A stretch of 64,000 nucleotides of DNA from Thermoanaerobaculia bacterium (GCA_027078415.1 JALWYX010000034.1:60423-124422), one strand, 5' to 3'. Shown: positions 1 through 10,347, counted from the first letter of the stretch. The notes: a model not told the origin generated them from the letters alone. Made by a program: numbers and translations.

Positions 1-816
1 TCTTTATCTGGAGCCACCTTTAGTTCAAATAAAAATATCGCTCCTTTAGCTATAGGAAAAGTACTGGCTGATAAGATGCGAATATCTTTAGATGACGAGA
101 TAACAATTGTAGCAATAGTAAAAGGTACAAAACACAATTTTAAAGTGATATCAGCTAAAGTGGAAAAAATATTCTCAACCGGTCTGTACGAATTTGACTC
201 CGAGTGGATAACTACTTCTTCAACTTTTCTACCTAACGCTGCCTCCAAAATTTACGAGATCCACATCGACTCGCCTACACGCAAGAGCATAGAGAAAATG
301 CAACAATGGATAGATAACAGATTAGGAGATACCTACTTATCTTTTAACTGGTATACACTTAATACTCCCCTGTTCAACGCGTTAGAACTACAAGAAAAAA
401 CGCTATATTTCTTTCTTACCCTTATCATAACGGTAGCTCTTGCAAATTTATCTGCAACTCTACTCACCCTTATAAACAAAAAAATACCAGAGTTTGGCAT
501 ACTTTTAGCTATTGGAATAGATCCAGCTATTATCTATAGTTCGCTAATTTTAACAAATTTGCTATTTACCACTATAGGTATAACAATAGGTACAATAGTA
601 GGAATCGTTAGTACTATCTTAATAGAAAAGTTTGGCCTATTAAATCTACCTGAATCTTTGGCAGATATCTATTTTATAGCTCGTATTCCTATACATAACG
701 AAGTAGACACAGTTCTTCACATATTTGCAATAGCTTTAACGTCAGCTCTAATGTTATCTTCTATTCCAATTATCTATTTAAAACGAATTAAAATAACCCA
801 AATGATATCTTATTAA
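1..816 (+). CDS. FtsX-like ABC transporter permease (LolC/E- or MacB-type), 5'-truncated at the window edge
   Basis: Reading frame is open from base 1 (no stop before the ATG at 76). The C-terminal part has three hydrophobic helices typical of the FtsX domain (LAIGIDPAIIYSSLILTNLLFTTIGITIGTIVGIVS...). Confidence 0.65.
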   Translation, partial: SLSGATFSSNKNIAPLAIGKVLADKMRISLDDEITIVAIVKGTKHNFKVISAKVEKIFSTGLYEFDSEWITTSSTFLPNAASKIYEIHIDSPTRKSIEKMQQWIDNRLGDTYLSFNWYTLNTPLFNALELQEKTLYFFLTLIITVALANLSATLLTLINKKIPEFGILLAIGIDPAIIYSSLILTNLLFTTIGITIGTIVGIVSTILIEKFGLLNLPESLADIYFIARIPIHNEVDTVLHIFAIALTSALMLSSIPIIYLKRIKITQMISY

Positions 817-864
817 ATTATAATTGATTAACTACGATTAAAATTACTTAGCGAGGAGGAATTT

Positions 865-1107
865 ATGGAAAAACCGAAAGTAGCCGGTTTAAAACCAATA
901 GTTATAGAACTAGATGCTGGGGAATATTGGTGGTGTACATGTGGACTTTCCAACAACCAACCTTTCTGTGACGGATCTCATCGTGGAACAGGGTTTACCC
1001 CGTTAAAAATTGAGATTTCAGAGAAGAAAAAGTACGCCTTGTGTACTTGCAAATATACTAATAAACCTCCTTTGTGTGATGGAACGCACAAAAAGTTAAA
1101 GAAATAG
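865..1107 (+). CDS. CDGSH-type iron-sulfur domain protein (two CDGSH motifs)
   Basis: Motifs C-x-C-x...CDGSH and C-x-C-x...CDGTH. A GAGGAGG RBS lies 7 nt upstream of the ATG. Confidence 0.85.
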   Translation: MEKPKVAGLKPIVIELDAGEYWWCTCGLSNNQPFCDGSHRGTGFTPLKIEISEKKKYALCTCKYTNKPPLCDGTHKKLKK

Positions 1108-1113
1108 CAGAGA

Positions 1114-2778
1114 TTATTTATCAGCTAACGCTTTAATCCTCAAAAGTTCAAATTCGTCTCCTTTTTTCCACATAGGGAATGATTTTGAAGTAGCTAAAGA
1201 GTATCCTATATAAAATCCTAATTTAGCATCTTTAACCATTCCTGCAAAGTTCCATTCGTCGTTAAATTCATCGCTAGGCTGGTGGTAATGACTCTTTTCC
1301 CAATGTTCTATCATTTTAACACCCCATCCAGGCTCCCTACCTATAAACTCTGTACCTCCATCTAACCATATAGAAGGTACACCTGCTTTTGCAAAACTAA
1401 ATTGATCGGAGCGATAAAAAAAACCTTTATCAGGAAACTGATCTCCCTTAACCGCTCTCTTTTGAAAAGCTGCATATCCAATAACCAATTTATCTAAATC
1501 TGGTGACTTCCCGTAACCTACTGAGATCAGATCCGCTGTTTCTCCCCATACATTTCCACCATCATAATTTATATTAACAACCATCTTACTAACAGGCACT
1601 GTAGGATTGTGCACATAAAATTTAGATCCCAACAACCCTTGTTCCTCCGCATCTACAATAAGAAAGAGTATAGACCTTTCCAACAGATCTTTAACTTTAC
1701 TAAAAGCTTTAGCTATAGCTATAACTTGAGCAACACCTGTAGCATTATCCATTGCACCGTTATAGATCTTATCACCTTCCTGATCAGGCGTAGATATACC
1801 CAGATGATCGTAATGAGCCGTATATATAACCACTTCATCACTAGTTCCTTTAAGTAAGCCCACTACATTACTACCTTCCACTCTTCTAATTTTTGAACTA
1901 ATTTCAACACTTAATTTAGCCTTTAGTTCTATAGGATAAAAGTTTCTGCTTTTAGAAAGAGCTATAGCCTTCTCTAGAGAGAATCCGCTAGCTTCAAACA
2001 GCTCTTTAGCAGCATCGTAAGTCAACCATCCTTTTACTGCTACACCTTTTTCATCTTCTTTCTGAGGCAATTCAAACTGCTCTCCTGTCCATGAACGTTG
2101 TACAACCTGCCAAGGATAACCAGCAGATTCTGTAGTATGAATTATAAATGCAGCTACTGCACCTAACTCAGCTGCCTTTTCATATTTATAACTCCATCTA
2201 CCGTAATAAAGCCGCCTTTTACCTTCAAAAAGCTGCGGATCCCAGTCTGGATCGTTATTGAGAAATATAAGAACTTTTCCACTTAAATCTTTACCTTTAA
2301 AGTCATCCCAATTATATTCAGGTGCTTGGATACCGTAACCTACAAAAACAACATCTGCATTTTCTACAGCAAGTTTTTCTTTTTGTTTACCAGCAAAAAG
2401 TATAAACTGATCCCAATAGTTAAAAACAACTTTTCTAGTACCTGTAGTAAATTCCAATGTTTTAGGTGAAAAGGTATTAATTCCTACCAAAGTAAATTTT
2501 TGTTCCCACTTTCCCGCATTACCAGGAATAATTCCAACCTCTTTTAGTTTCCTTATTATAAACTCTCTAGCTTTTTTAGATCCTAGACTTCCTGGTGCCC
2601 TTCCCTCCATTTCGTCCGACGAAAGTGTTTTGATAATCTCTTTTAGATATTCAGCAGTAATCGTTTGACTCGCAGCTTTTACCACTTCCAGAGGAGGAGT
2701 ATAAACAAGCGGAGGTTCTGCAGCTTGTAAAACGGTCGTAAACCCTATAACAAAAAGAATTCTACCTTTCATAATCAA
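1114..2778 (-). CDS. M28 family zinc aminopeptidase with PA domain (secreted)
   Basis: N-terminal signal peptide. M28 motifs HYDHLG, NGAMDNATGVA, DAEEQGLLGS and a Zn-ligand HxD pattern. Confidence 0.8.
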   Translation of the reverse strand: MIMKGRILFVIGFTTVLQAAEPPLVYTPPLEVVKAASQTITAEYLKEIIKTLSSDEMEGRAPGSLGSKKAREFIIRKLKEVGIIPGNAGKWEQKFTLVGINTFSPKTLEFTTGTRKVVFNYWDQFILFAGKQKEKLAVENADVVFVGYGIQAPEYNWDDFKGKDLSGKVLIFLNNDPDWDPQLFEGKRRLYYGRWSYKYEKAAELGAVAAFIIHTTESAGYPWQVVQRSWTGEQFELPQKEDEKGVAVKGWLTYDAAKELFEASGFSLEKAIALSKSRNFYPIELKAKLSVEISSKIRRVEGSNVVGLLKGTSDEVVIYTAHYDHLGISTPDQEGDKIYNGAMDNATGVAQVIAIAKAFSKVKDLLERSILFLIVDAEEQGLLGSKFYVHNPTVPVSKMVVNINYDGGNVWGETADLISVGYGKSPDLDKLVIGYAAFQKRAVKGDQFPDKGFFYRSDQFSFAKAGVPSIWLDGGTEFIGREPGWGVKMIEHWEKSHYHQPSDEFNDEWNFAGMVKDAKLGFYIGYSLATSKSFPMWKKGDEFELLRIKALADK

Positions 2779-2889
2779 ACCTCAACTAAATAAGATTTTT
2801 ACATAAAATTTTCCGCCAATACATTAAGGTATACAAAATACAAATTATAATAAATAATAACTCTAAATAAACAAAGGAGGAAATCCGAA

Positions 2890-4629
2890 ATGAAAAGAGT
2901 ATTTTTTGCAGCGTTTCTTTTATCTTTTACCTTTCTTTACGCTCAGAAACAAGGACCTGAGTTATATCCAGAAGTAGAGGAGAAAACTGCACCAAAAGTT
3001 TTAAATCTCTATACCAGTTTAGGGTTAGAACCTGCAATAGTCCAGCAGAATGCTTTTGTATCTGAGAAAGAAAGGGTGGAGGAGATATACAAATGGAACA
3101 AGAAAAACAAACCTATAAAAATAGGGTTAGTAAGATTCTTAAAAAAAGACCTAAGTTTTAAGAAAGGAACCCCATTTTTTACAACCACTTTACCTTCGGG
3201 AGAAAAGGTAGTTACTTTCGGTATAAAGATAGAAAAAGCCAAAAGGTTAAGACTAAGGTTAGACAATGTCAAGGTGCCTAAAGGTACTATATTTACCGCG
3301 TTAAATCCATCGGGAGAAGAAGTAAGAAGCTTTGATACCAGTATAATAGATCATAAAGGAGGTATATGGACTCCCAGTATAGGAGGCGATCAATATATAC
3401 TAGAGATACACCTACCAAAAGAAGCAAATTTGGAAGACGTGGAGTTTACAATTTCTAGGTTCGCGGAGATTATATTCGATAGAGAAAATAATCTGGCTCC
3501 TCGCACGTCGCATACGAACTGTTTACAGGATGCTATGTGCTACGGAAATTCCACCCTTCAAGATATAGATCTGCTACGCGATGCAATAGGATGGTACGAT
3601 TTTGTATCTGGGGGAAGTATATATTACTGTTCTGGAGGGCTCATAAACGACCTCGACACAAGCTCTTATAGACCGCTGTTTCTTACTGCTAACCATTGCA
3701 TATCTACTCAGAGTGAAGCTTCTTCGGCAGAATTTTATTTCAAGGACTATACAGATAGTTGTAACGGTTCCTCAAAACCGTTAGGAAACCTAGACACAGT
3801 TGTAGGATCAACTCTTCTTGAAACAGGTGCTTACAGTGACGGCAAACCGGATTTTACCCTTTTAGAACTCAGTTCACTACCTCCAAACAGCGTTCTACTG
3901 GGTTGGGATGCTTCTACCGGCAATGTGACAGACAATATGAAACTTCACAGAATATCGCATCCTTTTCCAGACAATAATCTACTCCCAGAGCCCCAAACGT
4001 ACAACCAAATAGAATATGACGATTCTCCTTCTGGAACATGCACAGGGGTTCCTACATCTGTTTTCATGTACTCAGAGCCTAAAATAGGTGGCACTTACGG
4101 TGGTTCTTCAGGTGCTCCAGTTGTAAAAAGTGGGCTTATGATAGTAGGGCAATTATTAGGAGCATGTGGACCAACACCAGATACTCCATGCGATATGGAC
4201 GATTACGAAGTAGACGGTAGGTTTTCAGAAACCTATCAATATATCCAAAACCACTTAGCAGGTGGTGGCGGCGGCGGTGGAACATGCACCGCAGATACCT
4301 ATACACACTGTTTCCAAAGCGGTAGATTCCGAGTTACAGTGGATTGGAGAGACCAAAACAACAATACCGGACAAGGAAGAAGGGTAGACCTTACAGACGC
4401 ATCCGGCCTCTTCTGGTTTTTCTCTCCAGACAACATAGAAATGTTAGTAAAAGTATTGGACGGTTGTGCAATAAACAATTACTATTGGGTTCTATTCGCC
4501 GCAACTACAGACCAAGAGTTCACTCTAACCATAACAGATGTAGTTAGAGGCTCAACAAAAACCTACTTTAACCCATTAAAACATATGGCAGATGCTGTAA
4601 TAGACGTACAAGCCTTTAGATGCAATTAG
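2890..4629 (+). CDS. Secreted trypsin-like (S1/chymotrypsin-fold) serine protease with poly-Gly linker and Cys-containing C-terminal domain
   Basis: Signal peptide. Catalytic motifs TANHC (His), DFTLLEL (Asp) and GGSSGAPV (Ser). A GGGGGGG linker precedes a roughly 110-aa Cys-pair domain. AAGGAGG RBS upstream. Confidence 0.7.
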   Translation: MKRVFFAAFLLSFTFLYAQKQGPELYPEVEEKTAPKVLNLYTSLGLEPAIVQQNAFVSEKERVEEIYKWNKKNKPIKIGLVRFLKKDLSFKKGTPFFTTTLPSGEKVVTFGIKIEKAKRLRLRLDNVKVPKGTIFTALNPSGEEVRSFDTSIIDHKGGIWTPSIGGDQYILEIHLPKEANLEDVEFTISRFAEIIFDRENNLAPRTSHTNCLQDAMCYGNSTLQDIDLLRDAIGWYDFVSGGSIYYCSGGLINDLDTSSYRPLFLTANHCISTQSEASSAEFYFKDYTDSCNGSSKPLGNLDTVVGSTLLETGAYSDGKPDFTLLELSSLPPNSVLLGWDASTGNVTDNMKLHRISHPFPDNNLLPEPQTYNQIEYDDSPSGTCTGVPTSVFMYSEPKIGGTYGGSSGAPVVKSGLMIVGQLLGACGPTPDTPCDMDDYEVDGRFSETYQYIQNHLAGGGGGGGTCTADTYTHCFQSGRFRVTVDWRDQNNNTGQGRRVDLTDASGLFWFFSPDNIEMLVKVLDGCAINNYYWVLFAATTDQEFTLTITDVVRGSTKTYFNPLKHMADAVIDVQAFRCN

Positions 4630-4637
4630 ACCTAACT

Positions 4638-4680
4638 AAGGTGTTAGCCACGGAATTTACTTGGCTAACACCTTTTTTAT
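4638..4680 (+). terminator. Rho-independent terminator downstream of the protease gene
   Basis: Perfect 13-bp inverted repeat AAGGTGTTAGCCA / TGGCTAACACCTT with an 11-nt loop, followed by TTTTTT. Confidence 0.8.
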
Positions 4681-5495
4681 TACTAAATATTTCTACAACA
4701 GTTGAGTTAAAAAACTCCTTAAAATCTATACGCCTTAACCAGCAACTTTAAGAAGAAAACTAACCTTATCCACAAAACAACTACCAGAAAGTCAAAACAA
4801 CTTCTCAAAACTCTACAAATATAGACCTTTTACCGCTATATTTCACGTCTTTTGTTTGCCAAAATATAACTCTAAGCAGATACTATAAACGTTTTCAAAG
4901 GTAACAAACCAATATTATTAGAAGCTCCTTTCTTCTATGTATTACACGTAAAGATACGCCTTAATCTTAGAAACGTTTTTGTTTACTTTACATCTTTGAA
5001 ACTTACCATTAACCACATTAACCTTCCAAATTATCCTTAGATGAAACCATTAAAATTATCCAAATAGTTCATATCTAACAAGTCACCAACACACTAAAGA
5101 TAACATTTACTGAAAAAGCAGAGTATTTATAAATATAAACTGAGAATGTTTGAGATTTTTTAGAAAACAAGAGCAACACAATTTTTAAGTGCTAGAGAAG
5201 GTAACACTTCAACCAGAGGTAATACAAAACACACAATTACTCTATACTATTTCAAAAATATAAGTGAGTTAAAACTGCAAATTACCAATGTAGAAATATC
5301 TATTAGCTTAGATCAGACTTCAGTATATAAAGTGTACCCGTATAATAAAAATTTTTAAAATATATGGTGCTACTAATAACTTTATAACACATTATTAAGT
5401 CTTTTCTACCAACCCTTACTGTAATGTAGATTTTAGTTTCTTAAACTAATCCTAGCGACCTTTGAAGCTATATAAGTTTTATGCCAAAAATCTTT

Positions 5496-6506
5496 TTATT
5501 CTTTGTTCCATATAAAAGGTCCCACTTTTTCTTGCAAAGCTATTTCTTCTCGAGCAGCTTCTATATAAAGGAAATCTTTGAAAATTGTTTCTATCTTTGG
5601 GAAACGTTCTGTTATTTTTTCTTTTATCTCTACAGGTTCTGGAAACTGTTTCAACCCTTGTATCTCTTCAAGAAGTTGTAAAAAAAACGTTCTTCTACTT
5701 TCATTTGCCAACATAAAACTCACAAAAAATCCAGCTTGCGAATAAAGAAGATCTCTTTTTTCGGACATATCAAAACCGATCCAATCAAGCATAAGCATGT
5801 CATTTAAGCTCAACTCTCCTTTTTCCATCTCTCTTTTTAAAACAAAGATTGCTGCCAAGGGACCTTCCACAATAAAATCATTTTTTCCCGTTTTCCTAAC
5901 GATTCCCGGCACGCCGTTTATATTTCTAAACTTCGCTAGCATATATTGGGAAAAATCCACAGCTATACCCTCTTCTAGCCAAGGAGGAAGTTTGCGAACA
6001 AAAATTGTACTATTTAAGTAATGAGCAAATTCATGAGCCAAGGTAAGAAATATCATATCTAGTTTCTTATCAGCCGCATTAACGGCGATGATACTACCTG
6101 TTGTAAAACCTTCCATATTTGTATGTCTACAACTTTTGCACACTAGATTTGCAAAAGAGCGAAATTTTTCTCTATCCGCGAAAATGAAAACTTTCATGTT
6201 TTTATCGGGAACGTTAAAACCGTACCTTTTAAAATACTTAACCCGGAAGTCAGCTAAACCAGCACTCAGTATAGTCAGTTTATCGTTAGACAGATCACTC
6301 CAAGTCTCAAAACCAGCTACTTGACTCTTTTGGTGGTCTACAAAATTTTTCCCCACCTCGAGCAATTTTTCTTTTTCAGAAAAACGTCCATCTATTGTAG
6401 TAGACATGTAACTGAAGAAAAAGCTAGAATCCAATTTCTTCTCAGGAGCATTAAAGTAGAATATTCCTATAAGTAAACAAGCGATTACAATGAATACTCT
6501 AATCAT
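5496..6506 (-). CDS. Putative zinc metallopeptidase-like lipoprotein (HEXXH motif), function unknown
   Basis: Lipoprotein-type signal MIRVFIVIACLLIG. HEFAHY zinc-binding motif. The ORF-track extension to 6797 has junk-like composition and overlaps the divergent gene, so the start is set at the MIRVF methionine. Confidence 0.55.
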   Translation of the reverse strand: MIRVFIVIACLLIGIFYFNAPEKKLDSSFFFSYMSTTIDGRFSEKEKLLEVGKNFVDHQKSQVAGFETWSDLSNDKLTILSAGLADFRVKYFKRYGFNVPDKNMKVFIFADREKFRSFANLVCKSCRHTNMEGFTTGSIIAVNAADKKLDMIFLTLAHEFAHYLNSTIFVRKLPPWLEEGIAVDFSQYMLAKFRNINGVPGIVRKTGKNDFIVEGPLAAIFVLKREMEKGELSLNDMLMLDWIGFDMSEKRDLLYSQAGFFVSFMLANESRRTFFLQLLEEIQGLKQFPEPVEIKEKITERFPKIETIFKDFLYIEAAREEIALQEKVGPFIWNKE

Positions 6507-6521
6507 ATATACTATTTTAAA

Positions 6522-8129
6522 ATGTCGGTAGGAGTGTTGACTACGGAAAAATACGATTTTTACCAGAAGCCACCATCGATAGCAGATCCTATAGAGAGCG
6601 ATCCTTTTCTTAAAGAAATAGTATCTTTCCTTATCCCTCCAGAAATAATGGCTGAAATATGGGACGAGATTAAAGAGTTTGCAGAAAGGGTAAAAGAGAC
6701 AGAAAAGTGGGCAAGAGAGGCTGAAATCAATCAGCCAAAGTTGATCCACTACGATCCATGGGGTAAGAGAGTAGACAGGGTCGAATACTGCGAACAATGG
6801 TATAAGTTAAAGGCTTTTTCAGCTGAAGAAGAGCTAGTAAGAGCAGCTTATTTAGGTAGATTTGGAAAGTATAACAGGGTATACCAGAGTGTAAAACTGT
6901 ACCTGTTTCACCCCCGTTCCGCGTTTTATACCTGTCCGTTAGCTATGACAGACGGTGCAGCGGCACTCATATACACTGTGAACGATAGTAAGTTAATAGA
7001 AGAAGTAATACCACACCTGTTAAGCAACGATCCTAAGTCATTCTGGACCTCAGGTCAATGGATGACGGAAAAGACTGGAGGATCTGACGTTAGGAGTAGC
7101 AAAAGTGTAGCGATAGGTGACGGTAAAAGATGGAAATTGTATGGAATAAAATGGTTCACATCTGCTATAGAGTCTGAAGTAGCTTTCACGTTAGCAACCG
7201 TTGAAGGAAGCGATAAACTATCTTTATTTTTTGTAAAAACGAAGAAAGAAGACGGTTCATGGAACAATTTAAAGATTTTACGTTTAAAAGACAAACTAGG
7301 AACTAGGGCATTAGCAACAGCTGAAGTAGAGTTACTAGGGACTGAAGCTCTATTGGTAGGTACTCCCGATAGAGGAATAGCGCATATTGCTACAATACTC
7401 AATGTAACAAGGCTTTATAACGCTATAGGTTCTGTCGCTACCATGAGATACATAACTTCTCTTGCTGTAGATTATTCGTTAAAAAGAAAAGCGTTTGGTA
7501 AGTATATAATAGAGCACCCCTTGCATAGAAACACGCTTGCAGAGATGCAAGCACGTACAGTAGGAACAACTCTATTTACTTTCTGGTTAGTAAAACTGTT
7601 TGGAAATAGCAGTAGTTTGCATTTGGCACGTCTTCTTACACCATTAGCTAAACTATTTACGGCCAAAGAGGCAATTCAAGTAGTTTCTGAAGGTGTTGAA
7701 GCTATAGGTGGAGCAGGGTATATAGAGGATACCGATATTCCTCGATTTTACAGAGACACGCAAGTATTTTCTATATGGGAAGGAACAACTAACGTTTTGC
7801 TTCTAGACTTTCTTAGAGCTATGAAAAAAGAACCTGGAACTCTAGAGCAACTGTACAGTATCCTCTCCAACTCCATTGAATGTGTTAACGTTAAAGTAAC
7901 GTTACAAAACACTTTTGATAACATTAAGCTTCTACTCCAAGAGAAAATAACCCCAGTTTACCTTAAACATCTTTCATTTAAAGTAGCGGAACTGGTAATT
8001 TTTCACTTGATAGGTGCTATAAGTAACAGATCACCACGGTGGAAAGGTATAGAAGAATATTGGAAATTTAGGATTCTTAACCCTACACCTACTGCAAGAA
8101 TATTGAAATCTTTAGAAGATTTAGTATGA
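6522..8129 (+). CDS. AidB-like acyl-CoA dehydrogenase family protein
   Basis: Long N-terminal AidB/ACAD10-11-type region, then an ACAD core ending in the IWEGTTNVL-type C-terminal motif. Stop overlaps the next start (ATGA). Confidence 0.75.
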   Translation: MSVGVLTTEKYDFYQKPPSIADPIESDPFLKEIVSFLIPPEIMAEIWDEIKEFAERVKETEKWAREAEINQPKLIHYDPWGKRVDRVEYCEQWYKLKAFSAEEELVRAAYLGRFGKYNRVYQSVKLYLFHPRSAFYTCPLAMTDGAAALIYTVNDSKLIEEVIPHLLSNDPKSFWTSGQWMTEKTGGSDVRSSKSVAIGDGKRWKLYGIKWFTSAIESEVAFTLATVEGSDKLSLFFVKTKKEDGSWNNLKILRLKDKLGTRALATAEVELLGTEALLVGTPDRGIAHIATILNVTRLYNAIGSVATMRYITSLAVDYSLKRKAFGKYIIEHPLHRNTLAEMQARTVGTTLFTFWLVKLFGNSSSLHLARLLTPLAKLFTAKEAIQVVSEGVEAIGGAGYIEDTDIPRFYRDTQVFSIWEGTTNVLLLDFLRAMKKEPGTLEQLYSILSNSIECVNVKVTLQNTFDNIKLLLQEKITPVYLKHLSFKVAELVIFHLIGAISNRSPRWKGIEEYWKFRILNPTPTARILKSLEDLV

Positions 8130-9835
8130 ATACAGCTAAAATAAACAACAATTTAGAAAAGTATCCAGAATTAACTGTAACTGCAGTATTAGTAGGATAT
8201 TTAATAGGAGCTTTATTAGCTGTCAGCATTGGATACGCTAGTTTAATTCTCGGTTTTTCTATAGAAGGGTCAGAATTAGCTGCTATTCTCGGTTTTGGAA
8301 TACTACGTGGGCTACTAGGAAGAAAAAGCATTATAGAAAACAATATAAACCAGACTGTTGCTAGTGCTGTAAATGGGGCATCTGCTGGAATGATGTTCTC
8401 AGTACCGGCTATATTTATCCTAGGATTTAGTGAAAAAGATTTTTCTCTTCCTATTATGGTTTTAGGATGTATAGCTGGCGGGATTATGGGTATAGCGTTT
8501 ATAATACCTCTTCGCAAGCAGATGATAGATTTTGAAAGGCTAGCATTTCCTGGCGGAATAGCAGTAGCAACTATTTTAAAATCTCCCGGAGCAGGAATAA
8601 AAAAAGCGTATCTGCTATTAGGTGGAGCTTTAGTGTCTGCGTTAGTACATGCGATAGTACTTTACAACGGTTATACAAACTTTCCTCTAGGAGAAAAAAT
8701 AGGGTTACCTTGGTATATGAATGTAACTTTCTACATTTCTCTCCTTACCATAGGAGTAGCATTTTTAGCAGGTAAAGGAGGATTCTTTTTTATAATAGGA
8801 GGTTACACCTGTTATTTTATTCTCGCGCCTATTCTCAATCTAAGAGGCAAGTTAGCTAATCTTTCATCTGCAAGTGATCTACAACACCACCTTTTTAGAC
8901 CTATAGGTATAGGTATGTTAATAGGTGGAGCTTTAATGGGTATCGTCCTAGCACTTCCTCTTATAATAGGTGCAATACGTTCAATGTACCAAGCTAGCAA
9001 ATCGGGTAAAAGAGTAGCTCAAGATGAACTACCTATAGGTTTTCTAGGAGTAGGAATTATAGGGGCATTTGTAGTGCTCCTATATATGTCCTTGTATTCC
9101 GCACAAAACATGACCCTTGGTAGAGGAGTTCTTGTAGCGATACTCGGAACTATTTGGATATGGGTTGCAGGAGTTATCCTATCTGAGTGTATAGGACGTA
9201 CCAACTGGTCTCCCCTTTCTGGAATGACACTTATAGGAGTTACGCTTGCAGTTATGCTTACGTCGGGACTAGGCAACAAGGAATCGATTATAGCATCTAT
9301 TATGGTAGGAGCTGCAATGTGCGTAGCGATGTCACAAGCTACCGACCTCATGTTAGATCTAAAAACAGGTTATCTAGTAGGGGCCATCCCTCGTAAACAA
9401 CAAATAGCACAATTTCTAGGATCAGCACTAGGTCCAATCATAGTTATAACTTTAATAGTTGTACTCCATAAAGCTTATACCTTAGGCTCTCCCAGGCTTC
9501 CAGCTCCACAGGGACAAGCACTAGCATCTATGATAGAAGGGATATTAAACGAAGGTATACCAAAAGATAAATATATAGCAGGCGCGGGGATAGGTGCTCT
9601 CCTTTCAGCTACAGGGATAGGTGGTCTGGGAATTCTTGTAGGATTAGGTTTCTATCTGCCTTTCAATATAGTTCTAACATACACAATAGGCACTGTGTTA
9701 CGCATATGGAGTGATAAAAAAATGGGTAAAAACTGGAGCGATAACGTAGGGGTACCTATAGCGGCAGGAGCAATTGTAGGAGAAGCGTTGATAGGAGTAG
9801 GATTTGCAATATACCACGTTATAAAAGCCCTATGA
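8126..9835 (+). CDS. OPT family oligopeptide transporter
   Basis: About 570-aa polytopic membrane protein with 14-16 predicted TM helices and Gly-rich helices typical of the bacterial OPT family. Translationally coupled to neighbours on both sides. Confidence 0.75.
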   Translation: MNTAKINNNLEKYPELTVTAVLVGYLIGALLAVSIGYASLILGFSIEGSELAAILGFGILRGLLGRKSIIENNINQTVASAVNGASAGMMFSVPAIFILGFSEKDFSLPIMVLGCIAGGIMGIAFIIPLRKQMIDFERLAFPGGIAVATILKSPGAGIKKAYLLLGGALVSALVHAIVLYNGYTNFPLGEKIGLPWYMNVTFYISLLTIGVAFLAGKGGFFFIIGGYTCYFILAPILNLRGKLANLSSASDLQHHLFRPIGIGMLIGGALMGIVLALPLIIGAIRSMYQASKSGKRVAQDELPIGFLGVGIIGAFVVLLYMSLYSAQNMTLGRGVLVAILGTIWIWVAGVILSECIGRTNWSPLSGMTLIGVTLAVMLTSGLGNKESIIASIMVGAAMCVAMSQATDLMLDLKTGYLVGAIPRKQQIAQFLGSALGPIIVITLIVVLHKAYTLGSPRLPAPQGQALASMIEGILNEGIPKDKYIAGAGIGALLSATGIGGLGILVGLGFYLPFNIVLTYTIGTVLRIWSDKKMGKNWSDNVGVPIAAGAIVGEALIGVGFAIYHVIKAL

Positions 9836-10347
9836 AAACAAAAATAGGAATTATTATGGTAACAATTTCCTTTCTAGGTTCCTCATACGTTGCAGTAGAA
9901 TCTGAAAAGTTAGAGTGGGGGAAATGGATAACTCTTATAACAGTAGGTATAATAGGAATCTACTTGATCAAAAGAAGTTCAAAAGAAGAGATTTTAAAGG
10001 TATTAGAAGAAGACTTTTCTTTAGAAGATCTCAAGAAAGTATTGAAAAAAGCTACAAAAGAGGCGGAAAATATCCACTCTGTAGATCCCAAAAACTACCC
10101 CAAATTAATAGAAGAGAACCTCTCTCCTTTACTTTCCGAGTTCGCTTCTCACCGAGAACTGATAAAAGCAGAATTAGGAATCAAGAAATTTGGCGAAATT
10201 TTTTCCCATTTCGCTGCTGGAGAACGGTATGCAAATAGGGCATGGTCAGCAGCGGTAGATGAATACTACGAAGAAGCCAAACGTGCCCTGCAACTCTCAT
10301 TATCTGAACTTAAAGAAACACTTACCCTTCTCGAAACAGTAAACTGA
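9832..10347 (+). CDS. Hypothetical membrane-anchored protein (last gene of the AidB-OPT operon)
   Basis: Two N-terminal TM helices followed by a charged helical domain. ATGA start/stop overlap with the OPT gene. Confidence 0.5.
   Translation: MKTKIGIIMVTISFLGSSYVAVESEKLEWGKWITLITVGIIGIYLIKRSSKEEILKVLEEDFSLEDLKKVLKKATKEAENIHSVDPKNYPKLIEENLSPLLSEFASHRELIKAELGIKKFGEIFSHFAAGERYANRAWSAAVDEYYEEAKRALQLSLSELKETLTLLETVN

Noticed and set aside
1609-1857. Antisense or embedded small ORFs inside large genes (for example 1609-1857, 3009-3272, 4344-4547, 7055-7402, 8089-8517, 9019-9351, 22301-22753, 24439-25272, 55290-55607, 57236-57649, 59078-59576, 62336-63392)
   Set aside because: They lie entirely within well-supported longer CDSs on the other strand or frame, have no RBS and have biased, low-complexity composition.
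6507-6797. Long N-terminal extension of the HEXXH lipoprotein ORF
   Set aside because: The extension is W/C/F-rich and junk-like and runs antisense through the start of the AidB-like gene. A canonical lipoprotein signal peptide begins at the Met at 6506.
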